Below are positions 1 through 8,067 of a stretch of DNA of 32,000 nt, piece by piece. The DNA lies in contig CP149973.1 of NCBI GenBank assembly GCA_029269845.2, positions 990,001 to 1,022,000 of the forward strand, given 5' to 3'. Every line of letters begins with the position of its first letter. Position 1 is the stretch's first letter. The translations under genes and the position numbers were made by a program. The notes beneath the pieces were generated by a model. The model saw only the letters and a list, made by a program, of their open reading frames with translations. It was not told the origin of the DNA and did not search any database. The DNA comes from Opitutia bacterium KCR 482. Its GTDB lineage: Bacteria; Verrucomicrobiota; Verrucomicrobiia; Opitutales; Intestinicryptomonadaceae.

Positions 1-464
1 TTCGTCGAAAACTTCTGCGCCTTTTTCTGTTCCTTGCTCTTGTTTTCGCGGACGACTTCGTAGGAGTTGTCGGTCGTCGTCGGGAAGATGTCCCAGTAGT
101 GGAGGAACGCGTTTTTGGGCTGTCCGATATCGACGAACGCCGCCTTCAAGCCGGGCTCGAGGTTTTGGATTTTCCCCTTGAAAATCGCCCCGACCATGCT
201 TTCGTCGCCGTTGCGCTCGATTTCGAATTTCTGCATCACGCCCTCGACAAGCAGCGCGACGCGTTTTTCGAAAGGCTCCACGTTGATTACGATTTCGCGG
301 TAGGGTTCGTCTTCGCGTTTGAGAAGTCTGATGATTTTTTCGAGAAGCGGACGCTTTTTTGCGCGCAGCTTCGCCTCCTGATTAAGCTGTTCTTCGGGAA
401 TAGGCTCGACTACCTCCTCCGCGGGACGCTTTGTCAAATCATAGTTTTGGTTTTCCTGTTTCAT
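1..464 (-). CDS. rng: Ribonuclease E/G family protein, N-terminal part (the CDS runs off the left edge)
   Basis: It is absent from the ORF track because there is no stop codon in the window. The minus-strand ATG is at 464-462. My translation is [26 protein letters not shown]...[72 protein letters not shown]. This matches the S1-domain N-terminus of RNase E/G (compare E. coli Rng ...VGNIYKGRVSRVLPGMQAAFVDIGLDKAAFLH). The plus-strand ORF 99..488 is its antisense shadow. Confidence 0.8.
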   Translation of the reverse strand, partial: MKQENQNYDLTKRPAEEVVEPIPEEQLNQEAKLRAKKRPLLEKIIRLLKREDEPYREIVINVEPFEKRVALLVEGVMQKFEIERNGDESMVGAIFKGKIQNLEPGLKAAFVDIGQPKNAFLHYWDIFPTTTDNSYEVVRENKSKEQKKAQKFST

Positions 465-465
465 G

Positions 466-495
466 GTTTCGCTTTAATTTTGGATTAAGCGAAAC
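466..495 (-). promoter_or_regulatory. Hairpin in the 41-nt rodA-rng spacer, abutting the rng start codon
   Basis: GTTTCGCTT (466-474) pairs with AAGCGAAAC (487-495), giving a 9-bp stem and a 12-nt loop. On the minus strand the 3' arm ends 1 nt before the ATG at 464. No U-tract follows it on the minus strand, so it is not a classical terminator. Confidence 0.35.
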
Positions 496-505
496 TTTTG
501 CCTTT

Positions 506-1783
506 TCACGCATATTCTTTTCTGTGTCGGTATACGCTTTGAACGAGACCGAGTAGTATGCAACACGTCAAAACAAAAGTTCCGCCATAACTTAACATTG
601 GCAGGGGAACTCCCGTAATCGGCATAATGCCGATGGTCATTCCCACGTTTATGAAAGTGTGCGTCATGAGTATTACGCCGATTCCCGCGCACAGATACCT
701 TCCGAACCCGTCGCGCGAAAGTTGCGCAGCCCCAAGACAGCCGTAAATTATTATTATCGCCATCAATACGACGGCGACCGTCGCCCCGAAGAACCCCGAT
801 TCCTCGGCGAGCACCGAAAATATGAAGTCGTTATACGCGACGCTCGACGGCAGATAGCCCAGTTTTGCCTGAGTGCCTTCGGCGTGCCCCTTCCCGAAAA
901 TGCCGCCCGACCCGACCGAAATCAGGCTCTGCCGCTGGTTCCAGCTAACGCCGTTCCCCTGGGGGTCAACGACTTCGGGAGCAATGAACGCCAAAATTCT
1001 GTTGCGCTGGTAGTCTTTAAGCGGCAGTGTCAGAGCCGCCGACGACCCGTATGCGTTAGCGTTCGCCGCCGCCTCCGCCGACATATTGTGCGACTTCAAA
1101 AACGCGTTGTATCCGCAAATATCCGCCGCCACCACGCCTATCAGCAGCCCGAAAAGGAGCGCGCCGACTGCGAAAAACCTCTTCGGGAGGTTCGATATGT
1201 AGAGCATGGCGAAAAGCATTGGAAAAAATACGAGAGTAGAGCCTAAGTCTGGTTGCAAAAAAATCAACAAAATAGGAACTAAAAATACCGCCGCTATTTT
1301 CAGCCAGAATTTCAAATTTTTCTTTCCGTCGTTGCGGGCGAACATCGCCGCCGCCATTATGCACGTCCCGATTTTCGCGAATTCCGACGGCTGGACGGAC
1401 ACCGCCCCGAAGTCAATCCAGCGCGTCGCGTTGTAGCGGCTTTCCACAAACGGTATCGGAATTCCCAAATTTTCCTTTAACGCAAGCGGAATCAGCAGAA
1501 GCAGCGACAGCGCGTAGATTGCGTTGGCGTAGGTGAAAAACACCTTGTAGTCTATCCACGCAAGAAAGACGTACACGGGCACCCCCGCGAACACAAAATA
1601 GCATATCTGCTTGACCCAAAACTGTTTGGCGAGCGGAATTTCGTCTATATTGTAGCTCTGCGCGGAGTAGATGAACGCCACCCCCATGAGAAACAGCAGG
1701 AACATGCAAAGCGGAACGACGAAGTCGGTCTTGACTCCGCCGCGTTCGGGCACTGTTCCGTATATTTCCCTGTCGAGTTTCAT
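506..1783 (-). CDS. rodA: SEDS-family peptidoglycan glycosyltransferase (RodA/FtsW)
   Basis: I trimmed ORF 506..2275 to the ATG at 1783 (MKLDREIYG...). The upstream part of that ORF overlaps the metH C-terminus in another frame. The protein is multi-pass membrane, with LQPDLGS and GVPLPMLSYGGT motifs typical of RodA/FtsW. Its position next to rng is the usual mre/rodA neighbourhood. RodA versus FtsW cannot be settled from this sequence. Confidence 0.85.
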   Translation of the reverse strand: MKLDREIYGTVPERGGVKTDFVVPLCMFLLFLMGVAFIYSAQSYNIDEIPLAKQFWVKQICYFVFAGVPVYVFLAWIDYKVFFTYANAIYALSLLLLIPLALKENLGIPIPFVESRYNATRWIDFGAVSVQPSEFAKIGTCIMAAAMFARNDGKKNLKFWLKIAAVFLVPILLIFLQPDLGSTLVFFPMLFAMLYISNLPKRFFAVGALLFGLLIGVVAADICGYNAFLKSHNMSAEAAANANAYGSSAALTLPLKDYQRNRILAFIAPEVVDPQGNGVSWNQRQSLISVGSGGIFGKGHAEGTQAKLGYLPSSVAYNDFIFSVLAEESGFFGATVAVVLMAIIIIYGCLGAAQLSRDGFGRYLCAGIGVILMTHTFINVGMTIGIMPITGVPLPMLSYGGTFVLTCCILLGLVQSVYRHRKEYA

Positions 1784-4700
1784 CGCGCCCTTACCGACAT
1801 GTATTTTTCGACATCTTCGACTGCCCGACCGCCGCGTTCGGCGTAGTCGCGAACTTGGTCCCGCCCGATTTCCGCCGAAAAGTATTTCGCCGACGGATTG
1901 GCAATCCACAACGCCGCGACAGACGACTTCGGCGTCATCATGAAGTTGTCCGTAAGTTTTATGCCCGCCGACTCTTCGAGCGAGAGCAGTTTTTCGAACT
2001 TCGCCTTTTCGGAGTGGTCGGGGTATGAAGCGTAGCCCGCCGCCGCGCGGACGCCCGCGCGTTCTTTGGGAGAGTCCGAGAACACCGCGCGTTGCGCGTA
2101 GGTCGAGAGAGCCTCGGCGAGCGCGTCGCACAGGGTTTGGGCAATCATGTAGGAATAGTCGTCGCCGGCGTCCTTGAACGATTTTGCGAACGCCTCCGCC
2201 TCGCTCCCGACCGTAGCCGCGAAGGGAGCTACGTAGTCGCCTTCGGGGGCTACGTAGTCTGCAAGGCACAGGCACTCTCCGCGCGAGTTTTCGACCTGCG
2301 AGCGCACGAGCGACAGCGTTTCAATCCGCGTCCCGTTTTCGAAAAGCGCGATGTCGTCGCCGTCGGGCTTCGCCTCGAAAAATCCGACCCTGATTCTCGG
2401 CTTCGCGACCTCCGCAAGCCTTTCGAGCATTGCGAGGGTGTCCCTGCAAAAGTCCTCCGTCGCCGCCCTGTCCTTCACGCCCCAAGTCCTGAAATACATG
2501 TTCCACGGAATGTCGGGCTTCAACTCCGACACGGGAACGCCGATTGTCCGCACGCCTGTAAACGGCGGCTTTTCTACGTGGGAGAAATCGCAGACCGCCT
2601 TTTTGGAACGCGCCTCGGCAAGCGGCAGAAGTTTTTTGTGCGCGGGCGGGTTGGCGTGCTCCGCCTCGTATTTGTCGCGCAGAGCCTGCTGGGCGGCGGC
2701 TATTGAAAGGGCGAACGCCTCCGCCTTTCCGCCCATGGTGAAGTCGGCGCAGACGCCCGCCGACGCGCCGGCGTCCTCCACGCGCACGACCGTTCCCGAA
2801 TAGAGCGGCGCGAGTTTCACCGCCGTGTGGAGGTCGCTCGTAGTAGCCCCGCCGACGAGCACGGGCACTCTTATGCCGGCGCGTTCGAGCGCGGAAATTG
2901 TGTTCGCCATTTCGTCGAGCGACGGCGTGATAAGCCCGCTAAGCCCGATTACCGCAGCGTCGCGGGCGGCTTCGACGATTGCCTCGGGCTGAACCATCAC
3001 GCCCAAGTCCTCCACGCGGAAGCCGTTGCAGCCGAGCACTACCGAAACTATGTTTTTGCCGATGTCGTGCACGTCGCCCTTGACCGTAGCGAGCACGACT
3101 TTCGGCGCGCTCCCTGTCGCCGACGACTCCATGAAAGGCTCGAGAGCCGCCACCGCCCGCTTCATCACGCGCGCGCTTTTTACGACCTGCGGCAGGAACA
3201 TTTTGCCCGCCCCGAAAAGCTCGCCGACTTTTTTCATCGAATCCATCAGCGGCTTTTCGATTACCCTAAGCGGCGTTTTCAGCTCCTCCAAAAATTCGAG
3301 CGCGAGCTTTGCGGCGGACTCTTCGTCGCCCTTGACGAACGCCCTGTCGAGCCTTTCCTGCGGCGTCGCGTTAGGGTCGTCGCGCGCCTCTTTTTTTTCG
3401 GAGACGGCGGCGTCCTTGTAGTCGGCGGCGATTGCAAGCAGACGCTCCGTGGCGTCGGGCGACGAATTGAGGATTACCGCCTCGACCGCGTCGCGCAGGC
3501 GCGGCTCTATTTCGTCGTAGGGCGCGAGCATTCCCGCGTTGACGATTCCCATGTCGAGCCCTGCCTCCCGCGCGTGGTAGAGGAACACGCTGTGCATTGC
3601 CTCGCGCACCTTGTTGTTGCCGCGCAGGGCAAAGCTGATGTTGCTTACCCCCGCGCTCGTGCGGGCGTAGGGGCATGTGCGCTTGATTTCGCGCACGGCG
3701 TTTATGAAGTCTGTCGCGTAGGAGTCGTGCTCGGGCATGCCCGTCGCCACAGTCAGAACGTTTGCGTCGAAAATTATGTCGCGCGGGTCGAAGCCCGCCT
3801 TTTCGACGAGCAGTTTGTACGCGCGCTGGCAGACCGAAATTCTGTCGGAAAGCGTCGAAGCCTGCCCGCGTTCGTCGAACGCCATCACGATTGCCGCCGC
3901 GCCGAATTTCATAATCTCCCCCGCGTGCGAAAGGAATTTTTCCTCGCCCTCTTTCAGGCTTATCGAGTTGACGACGCACTTGCCCTGTGCGCATTTCAAG
4001 CCCGCCAAAACCGTCTCCCAATTCGACGAGTCTATCATCAGCGGCACGCGCGCGATTTCCGGTTCGGAACCGATGAGGTTGAGGAATTTCGACATGCACG
4101 CGGGGGAGTCAAGCATGCCTTCGTCGAAGTTGATGTCGATGAGGTTTGCGCCGTTTTCGACCTGATTGCGCGCAACCGAGAGCGCGTCGGTAAACCGCCC
4201 CTCCTTGACCATTTTGCGGAACGCGGGCGAGCCCATTACGTTTGTGCGCTCTCCGACGAAAATGAACGGCGCGCCACTGTCGGGAATGCGCAGAAGCTCC
4301 AAGCCCGCAAGCGTGAGCGCATCGGCTGTTTTGGGCTTGCGCGGCGCAAGTTTGGCGCACGCCGCAACGACCGCCTCTATGTGCTTGGGCGTCGTGCCGC
4401 AGCAGCCGCCTACCACGTTCAGAAGCCCGTCGGCGCAGTATTCGCCGAGGTATTTTGCGGTGTCCGCGGGCATTTGATCGTAGCCGAATTCCGAAAGCGG
4501 GTTCGGCAGCCCCGCATTGGGATAGCAGTGGGTGTAGCACTCGGCTATTCTGTCGAAAGTCTCGATGTACGGGCGCATTTTCTCCGCGCCCAGAGCGCAG
4601 TTCAAGCCCACAAAGAGCGGCTTCGCGTACCGTATCGACGCGTAGAACGCCTCTATTGTCTGTCCGCTCAGAATGCGCCCCGACAGGTCGGAGACCGTCA

Positions 4701-5361
4701 TGCTGACGGCTATCGGAATTTTCTCGCCGCGCTCTTCGCAGAGGCTCAAATAGGCGTGGATTGCCGCCTTTACGTTCAGCGTGTCTATCGACGTTTCGAG
4801 TATGAACAAGTCCGCGCCCGACTCCGCCAAGACCGACATCTGTTCGTAGTACGCCGCGCGGAGTTCGTCGAAAGTTATCGAGCGCGCCGACGGGTCGGAC
4901 ACGTCGGAGGCAATGCTTGCCGCCTTGTTCATCGGGCCTAGCGACCCCGCCACGAACAGCGGCTTTCCGCCGAGCTTCGCCGAGACTTCGTCCGCCGCCG
5001 CCCGCGCCGCGCGCACCGCCGCGGCGTTCATGTCGCGCACCAAGTCCTCGCCGATTCCGTATTCCGCCTGCACAACCGAGTTCGCCCCGAAGGTGTTTGT
5101 AGTGGCGATGTCCGACCCCGCCAGATAATATTGCCTGTGAATATCCGATATTACGTCGGGGCGCGTGATTGAGAGCAAATCGTTGTCGCCGCGCAGTTCG
5201 CCCGCGGTTTTTTCGAGACGCGCGTCGCCCTTTCGGAAGTCCGCCTCCGTCAGACCGCGCCGTTGAATGAGCGTGCCCATGCCGCCGTCGAGAAACACAA
5301 TCCTCTTCCCGATTGTTTCGGCGAGCAGCGCGCCCCTTTTGGAAAGAGGTAGTTTAGACAT
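1780..5361 (-). CDS. metH: Cobalamin-dependent methionine synthase
   Basis: I trimmed ORF 1780..5472 to the ATG at 5361 (MSKLPLSKRGALLAETIGKRIVFLDGGMGT...), giving about 1193 aa. All modules can be recognised: Hcy-binding, pterin-binding, the B12-binding DVHDIGKNIV motif, and the AdoMet activation domain. The TGA stop overlaps the rodA ATG as ATGA. Confidence 0.95.
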   Translation of the reverse strand: MSKLPLSKRGALLAETIGKRIVFLDGGMGTLIQRRGLTEADFRKGDARLEKTAGELRGDNDLLSITRPDVISDIHRQYYLAGSDIATTNTFGANSVVQAEYGIGEDLVRDMNAAAVRAARAAADEVSAKLGGKPLFVAGSLGPMNKAASIASDVSDPSARSITFDELRAAYYEQMSVLAESGADLFILETSIDTLNVKAAIHAYLSLCEERGEKIPIAVSMTVSDLSGRILSGQTIEAFYASIRYAKPLFVGLNCALGAEKMRPYIETFDRIAECYTHCYPNAGLPNPLSEFGYDQMPADTAKYLGEYCADGLLNVVGGCCGTTPKHIEAVVAACAKLAPRKPKTADALTLAGLELLRIPDSGAPFIFVGERTNVMGSPAFRKMVKEGRFTDALSVARNQVENGANLIDINFDEGMLDSPACMSKFLNLIGSEPEIARVPLMIDSSNWETVLAGLKCAQGKCVVNSISLKEGEEKFLSHAGEIMKFGAAAIVMAFDERGQASTLSDRISVCQRAYKLLVEKAGFDPRDIIFDANVLTVATGMPEHDSYATDFINAVREIKRTCPYARTSAGVSNISFALRGNNKVREAMHSVFLYHAREAGLDMGIVNAGMLAPYDEIEPRLRDAVEAVILNSSPDATERLLAIAADYKDAAVSEKKEARDDPNATPQERLDRAFVKGDEESAAKLALEFLEELKTPLRVIEKPLMDSMKKVGELFGAGKMFLPQVVKSARVMKRAVAALEPFMESSATGSAPKVVLATVKGDVHDIGKNIVSVVLGCNGFRVEDLGVMVQPEAIVEAARDAAVIGLSGLITPSLDEMANTISALERAGIRVPVLVGGATTSDLHTAVKLAPLYSGTVVRVEDAGASAGVCADFTMGGKAEAFALSIAAAQQALRDKYEAEHANPPAHKKLLPLAEARSKKAVCDFSHVEKPPFTGVRTIGVPVSELKPDIPWNMYFRTWGVKDRAATEDFCRDTLAMLERLAEVAKPRIRVGFFEAKPDGDDIALFENGTRIETLSLVRSQVENSRGECLCLADYVAPEGDYVAPFAATVGSEAEAFAKSFKDAGDDYSYMIAQTLCDALAEALSTYAQRAVFSDSPKERAGVRAAAGYASYPDHSEKAKFEKLLSLEESAGIKLTDNFMMTPKSSVAALWIANPSAKYFSAEIGRDQVRDYAERGGRAVEDVEKYMSVRAR

Positions 5362-6334
5362 CTTTCTTTGCGTTTCCTTTCGCCATGTGGGCGATGAGCC
5401 TGTCGTTGAACGCCTTTGCGCCGTCGTGCCCCATGCGGCGCAGAGCCTGCACCATTGCGGCAACCTCCACAAGACGCGCCATGTCGCGGCCGGGGCGCAC
5501 GGGTATTACAAAATGCGGAATCTGGATACCCAATATGTCGAAATAATTTACCTCCAAGCCCGTTCTGTCTTCGACAACCCCCGGCTTCCATTCGACGAAT
5601 GTCACCACGATGTCTATCGACTTTTCCATGCGCACGCAGCGGATTCCGAAAAGCTCGGCAACGTTGATTATCCCGATTCCTCGGCACTCCATGTAGCCCC
5701 TGTTGAGTTCGTTGCCGCGTCCGAGCACGATTTGGTCGTTGACTTTCACGCAATAGACGTGGTCGTCGGCTACGAGCGAGTGCCCGTGGTCGATGAGCGC
5801 GAGGGCGCATTCGCTTTTGCCGATGCCGCTGTCGCCGCGAATGAGAGTTCCGATTCCCTTGATGTCGAGCAGCGTTCCGTGCACCGACATGCGCGGCGAA
5901 AACAGCCTTTCGAGCCGCACGAAAACCTCGGCGGAAAACTCCTTCGACTTCATCTTCGTGCGGATAAGCGGCACGTTGTGCGAGTCCGCCGACTCAATCA
6001 TCGCCTGCGTGGGTTCGAGGTTGCGCGAGATTACCACGCACGGAATTTCGTGCGAAATCATTTCGCACATCACCGCCGTTTGGCGGTCGCGCGAAAGGTC
6101 GCACATATACGCCATTTCGCCCGCGCCGAAGAGCTGGATTCTCTTGGAGGCGAAGTTTTTGTAGTAGCCCGTGATTGCCAGCGCGGGGCGGTTGAGGCTC
6201 GGCTCGTAGATGATTCTGTCGAGTCCGTTTTTGCCCGCAAGAAGTTCGAGCTGGAGCGAGCCTTCGAACATTTCGAAAAACTCGCGGACTGAAATTTCCT
6301 CCGACACTCTCGTTTTGTTGATTCGGTTTTCCAT
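5354..6334 (-). CDS. hprK: HPr kinase/phosphorylase
   Basis: The 326-aa protein has the Walker A-like loop GDSGIGKSECAL and the ...LVADD...GRG...ECRGIG core typical of HprK/P. Its stop lies 8 nt inside the metH start region. Confidence 0.9.
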   Translation of the reverse strand: MENRINKTRVSEEISVREFFEMFEGSLQLELLAGKNGLDRIIYEPSLNRPALAITGYYKNFASKRIQLFGAGEMAYMCDLSRDRQTAVMCEMISHEIPCVVISRNLEPTQAMIESADSHNVPLIRTKMKSKEFSAEVFVRLERLFSPRMSVHGTLLDIKGIGTLIRGDSGIGKSECALALIDHGHSLVADDHVYCVKVNDQIVLGRGNELNRGYMECRGIGIINVAELFGIRCVRMEKSIDIVVTFVEWKPGVVEDRTGLEVNYFDILGIQIPHFVIPVRPGRDMARLVEVAAMVQALRRMGHDGAKAFNDRLIAHMAKGNAKKDV

Positions 6335-6337
6335 GCC

Positions 6338-7078
6338 CTACATCGTAAAGTTTTCGCCGAGATAGAATTTTCGGCTCTGGGGGTCGTTCACCAAAAAGTC
6401 GCTCGTGCCCTCGCAGAGCACTTTGCCGTCGTGGATAAGGTAGGCGCGGTCTACAATGCTGAGCGTTTCGCGCACGTTGTGGTCTGTTATGAGCACGCCT
6501 ATGTTTTTCGCCTTCAAGCCGCGTATGATTTCCTGAACCTCCGCAACGCTTATGGGGTCTACGCCGCTGAAAGGCTCGTCCATAAGCAGGAATTTCGGAC
6601 GCGCCGTGAGGGCGCGGGTAATTTCAAGACGCCTGCGCTCGCCGCCCGAAAGCGTGAACGCCTTTTGCGACGCCAGCTTTTCAAGCCCAAGCTCCTCCAA
6701 CATCGACATCGTAAAGTCTTTCAGTTCCGATTTCGGCACGGGCAGCGTTTCCGCCACGCCGTAGATGTTTTCGTAGACCGTAAGTTTCCTGAAAATCGAA
6801 GCCTCCTGCGGCAGGTAGCCTATCCCCATGCGGGCGCGTTTGTACATGGGCACGTTTGTGATGTCGCAGTCTTCCAGAAACACTTTGCCCTCTGTTGCGG
6901 GAACGAGGCCTACAATCATGTAAAAACTCGTCGTTTTGCCCGCGCCGTTCGGGCCGAGAAGCCCGACAACTTCGCCCGCCTCAACGCCGATGTTCACGCC
7001 CTTTACGACTCGCCTCTTGCCGTATTCCTTGACGAGGTTTTCGGTGCGTATCGACGATTTTTTATTTTGAAATTCCAT
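6338..7078 (-). CDS. lptB: LPS export ABC transporter ATP-binding protein
   Basis: The protein has GPNGAGKTT (Walker A), LSGGERRRLEITRAL (signature), LLMDEP (Walker B) and a length typical of LptB. The ORF-track start at 7150 is a TTG. In-frame ATGs lie at 7090 and 7078. I chose 7078 (MEFQNKKSSIRTENLVKEYG...) by comparison with the LptB N-terminus, so the start is uncertain by up to 24 codons. Confidence 0.85.
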   Translation of the reverse strand: MEFQNKKSSIRTENLVKEYGKRRVVKGVNIGVEAGEVVGLLGPNGAGKTTSFYMIVGLVPATEGKVFLEDCDITNVPMYKRARMGIGYLPQEASIFRKLTVYENIYGVAETLPVPKSELKDFTMSMLEELGLEKLASQKAFTLSGGERRRLEITRALTARPKFLLMDEPFSGVDPISVAEVQEIIRGLKAKNIGVLITDHNVRETLSIVDRAYLIHDGKVLCEGTSDFLVNDPQSRKFYLGENFTM

Positions 7079-7159
7079 GCCCTGCAACATAGCCGAATTA
7101 CTTTTTTCTTGCAACACTTTTGATGTGTCCGCGCGGGCGTTTTTGAACAATTCCGCCCG

Positions 7160-7354
7160 CTATTTGCGTTTGGCGCGGAGCGCGGCGTCGGCGACCGCCC
7201 ACGCATGCACGCACACGCCCGCTGGAATGTATATCATGTACGCCAAGACCGCCCCGAAGAAAAAGCCCGCCGCCTCGTATCCGCGCGACTCGAACAGCTG
7301 CCCCAAGCCGGGGAGGAAAACGCTTGCGAGCGCGCAAAGCACAATATTTGACAT
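7160..7354 (-). CDS. Small hydrophobic membrane protein (64 aa), function unknown
   Basis: The ATG at 7354 is preceded by AAGGAT (complement of 7361-7366) at good Shine-Dalgarno spacing. The protein has two hydrophobic segments and a basic C-terminus (LRAKRK). It is co-directional and tightly packed with lptB. Confidence 0.6.
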   Translation of the reverse strand: MSNIVLCALASVFLPGLGQLFESRGYEAAGFFFGAVLAYMIYIPAGVCVHAWAVADAALRAKRK

Positions 7355-7388
7355 CGTTTTATCCTTACTTTCAGGTTTTATCTAAAAA

Positions 7389-7417
7389 CAAAAAAAGGGG
7401 AGTTCAAAAAACTCCCC
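7389..7417 (-). terminator. Rho-independent terminator after skp
   Basis: On the minus strand, GGGGAGT (complement of 7411-7417) pairs with ACTCCCC (complement of 7397-7403) across a 7-nt loop. T-rich sequence follows (T7 then G, complement of 7389-7396). It lies 37 nt downstream of the skp stop. Confidence 0.7.
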
Positions 7418-7453
7418 CTAACTCCGTTCCGCGGCGCGGAGCGGAAAAAAAAA

Positions 7454-7999
7454 CTATTTGCCCGCGGGCGCGTTTGCGTTGATGCGCTTGATAAGCTCGT
7501 CGGTGAGGTCGGCTTTCGGGTCGGAATAGTGGCAGACGCTCTTTTCGATAATGCAGTCCGCCTTCTTGTCTTCGGCAAGCTTCTTTACGATTTCCCTGAT
7601 TTCTTCGAGGTGGACTTTGCGGATACTGTCGGCGTTCTGGCGGAGTCTTTCGTTAGCCTGCGCGCTGATGTTGCGCATGTTCGCCTCAATCTGCTGGCAT
7701 TCCACGGCGATGGGTCTGATTTCCTCTTGGAGCTTCTTCTTTGCGTCTTCGCCGAGGGCGGGGTTGTTCGCCTTTTCGAGCAGCGCCTGTGCCTGTTTCG
7801 CCTTTTCGTCGTAGGTCTTTTTCATTTTTTCGAGTTCGCCTTTTGTGGCGTCAATCGAAGCCTGAATTTGTTCCGCCGCGGCTTTCGCCTTGTAGTAGTT
7901 TTGGTAGGCTCTTCCCATTTCGATGTAGTAGATGTTGGGAGCCGCGTTAAGTGCCGCGCAGGCGGCGAGCCCCGCGATTAATGCCGTTAATTTTTTCAT
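7454..7999 (-). CDS. skp: OmpH/Skp-family periplasmic chaperone
   Basis: I trimmed ORF 7454..8134 to the ATG at 7999 (MKKLTALIAGLAACAALNA, a signal peptide). The body is a coiled-coil rich in K, E, A and Q, about 181 aa long. It sits directly downstream of bamA, as in the canonical bamA-skp arrangement. Confidence 0.8.
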   Translation of the reverse strand: MKKLTALIAGLAACAALNAAPNIYYIEMGRAYQNYYKAKAAAEQIQASIDATKGELEKMKKTYDEKAKQAQALLEKANNPALGEDAKKKLQEEIRPIAVECQQIEANMRNISAQANERLRQNADSIRKVHLEEIREIVKKLAEDKKADCIIEKSVCHYSDPKADLTDELIKRINANAPAGK

Positions 8000-8067
8000 A
8001 TGTTTTTTCTTTGTTTGTGTTTTTAGTAAGCTGAAAAAGCCGAATGTTCCGAATCCGCGATTTTTTT

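Noticed and set aside
99-488. The plus-strand ORF 99..488 (129 aa) at the left edge.
   Set aside because: The opposite strand encodes a clear RNase E/G S1-domain N-terminus (1..464). That gene was missing from the ORF track only because it is truncated by the window edge.
506-2275. Long N-terminal extensions in track ORFs. These include 506..2275, 1780..5472, 7454..8134, 10553..12091, 13476..14102, 17892..19790, 22114..23418, 23333..25009, 28031..29110 and 29038..30495.
   Set aside because: The extensions overlap the preceding gene or intergenic DNA. They are Arg/Cys-rich nonsense, and several begin at TTG. Internal ATGs give N-termini that match the known protein families.
2827-4941. Very long ORFs antisense to real genes. 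Examples are 2827..4941 (704 aa, opposite metH), 8044..9324 (opposite bamA), 12741..14036, 18456..20069, 20565..22025 (486 aa, almost the full length of ahcY), 22051..23382 (opposite metK), 23993..24913 and 25355..26527.
   Set aside because: Their translations are Arg/Ala/Gly/Val-rich low complexity with no recognisable motifs. Each one mirrors a confidently identified gene on the other strand. This is the usual stop-codon depletion in antisense frames of GC-rich coding DNA, so they are not overlapping genes.
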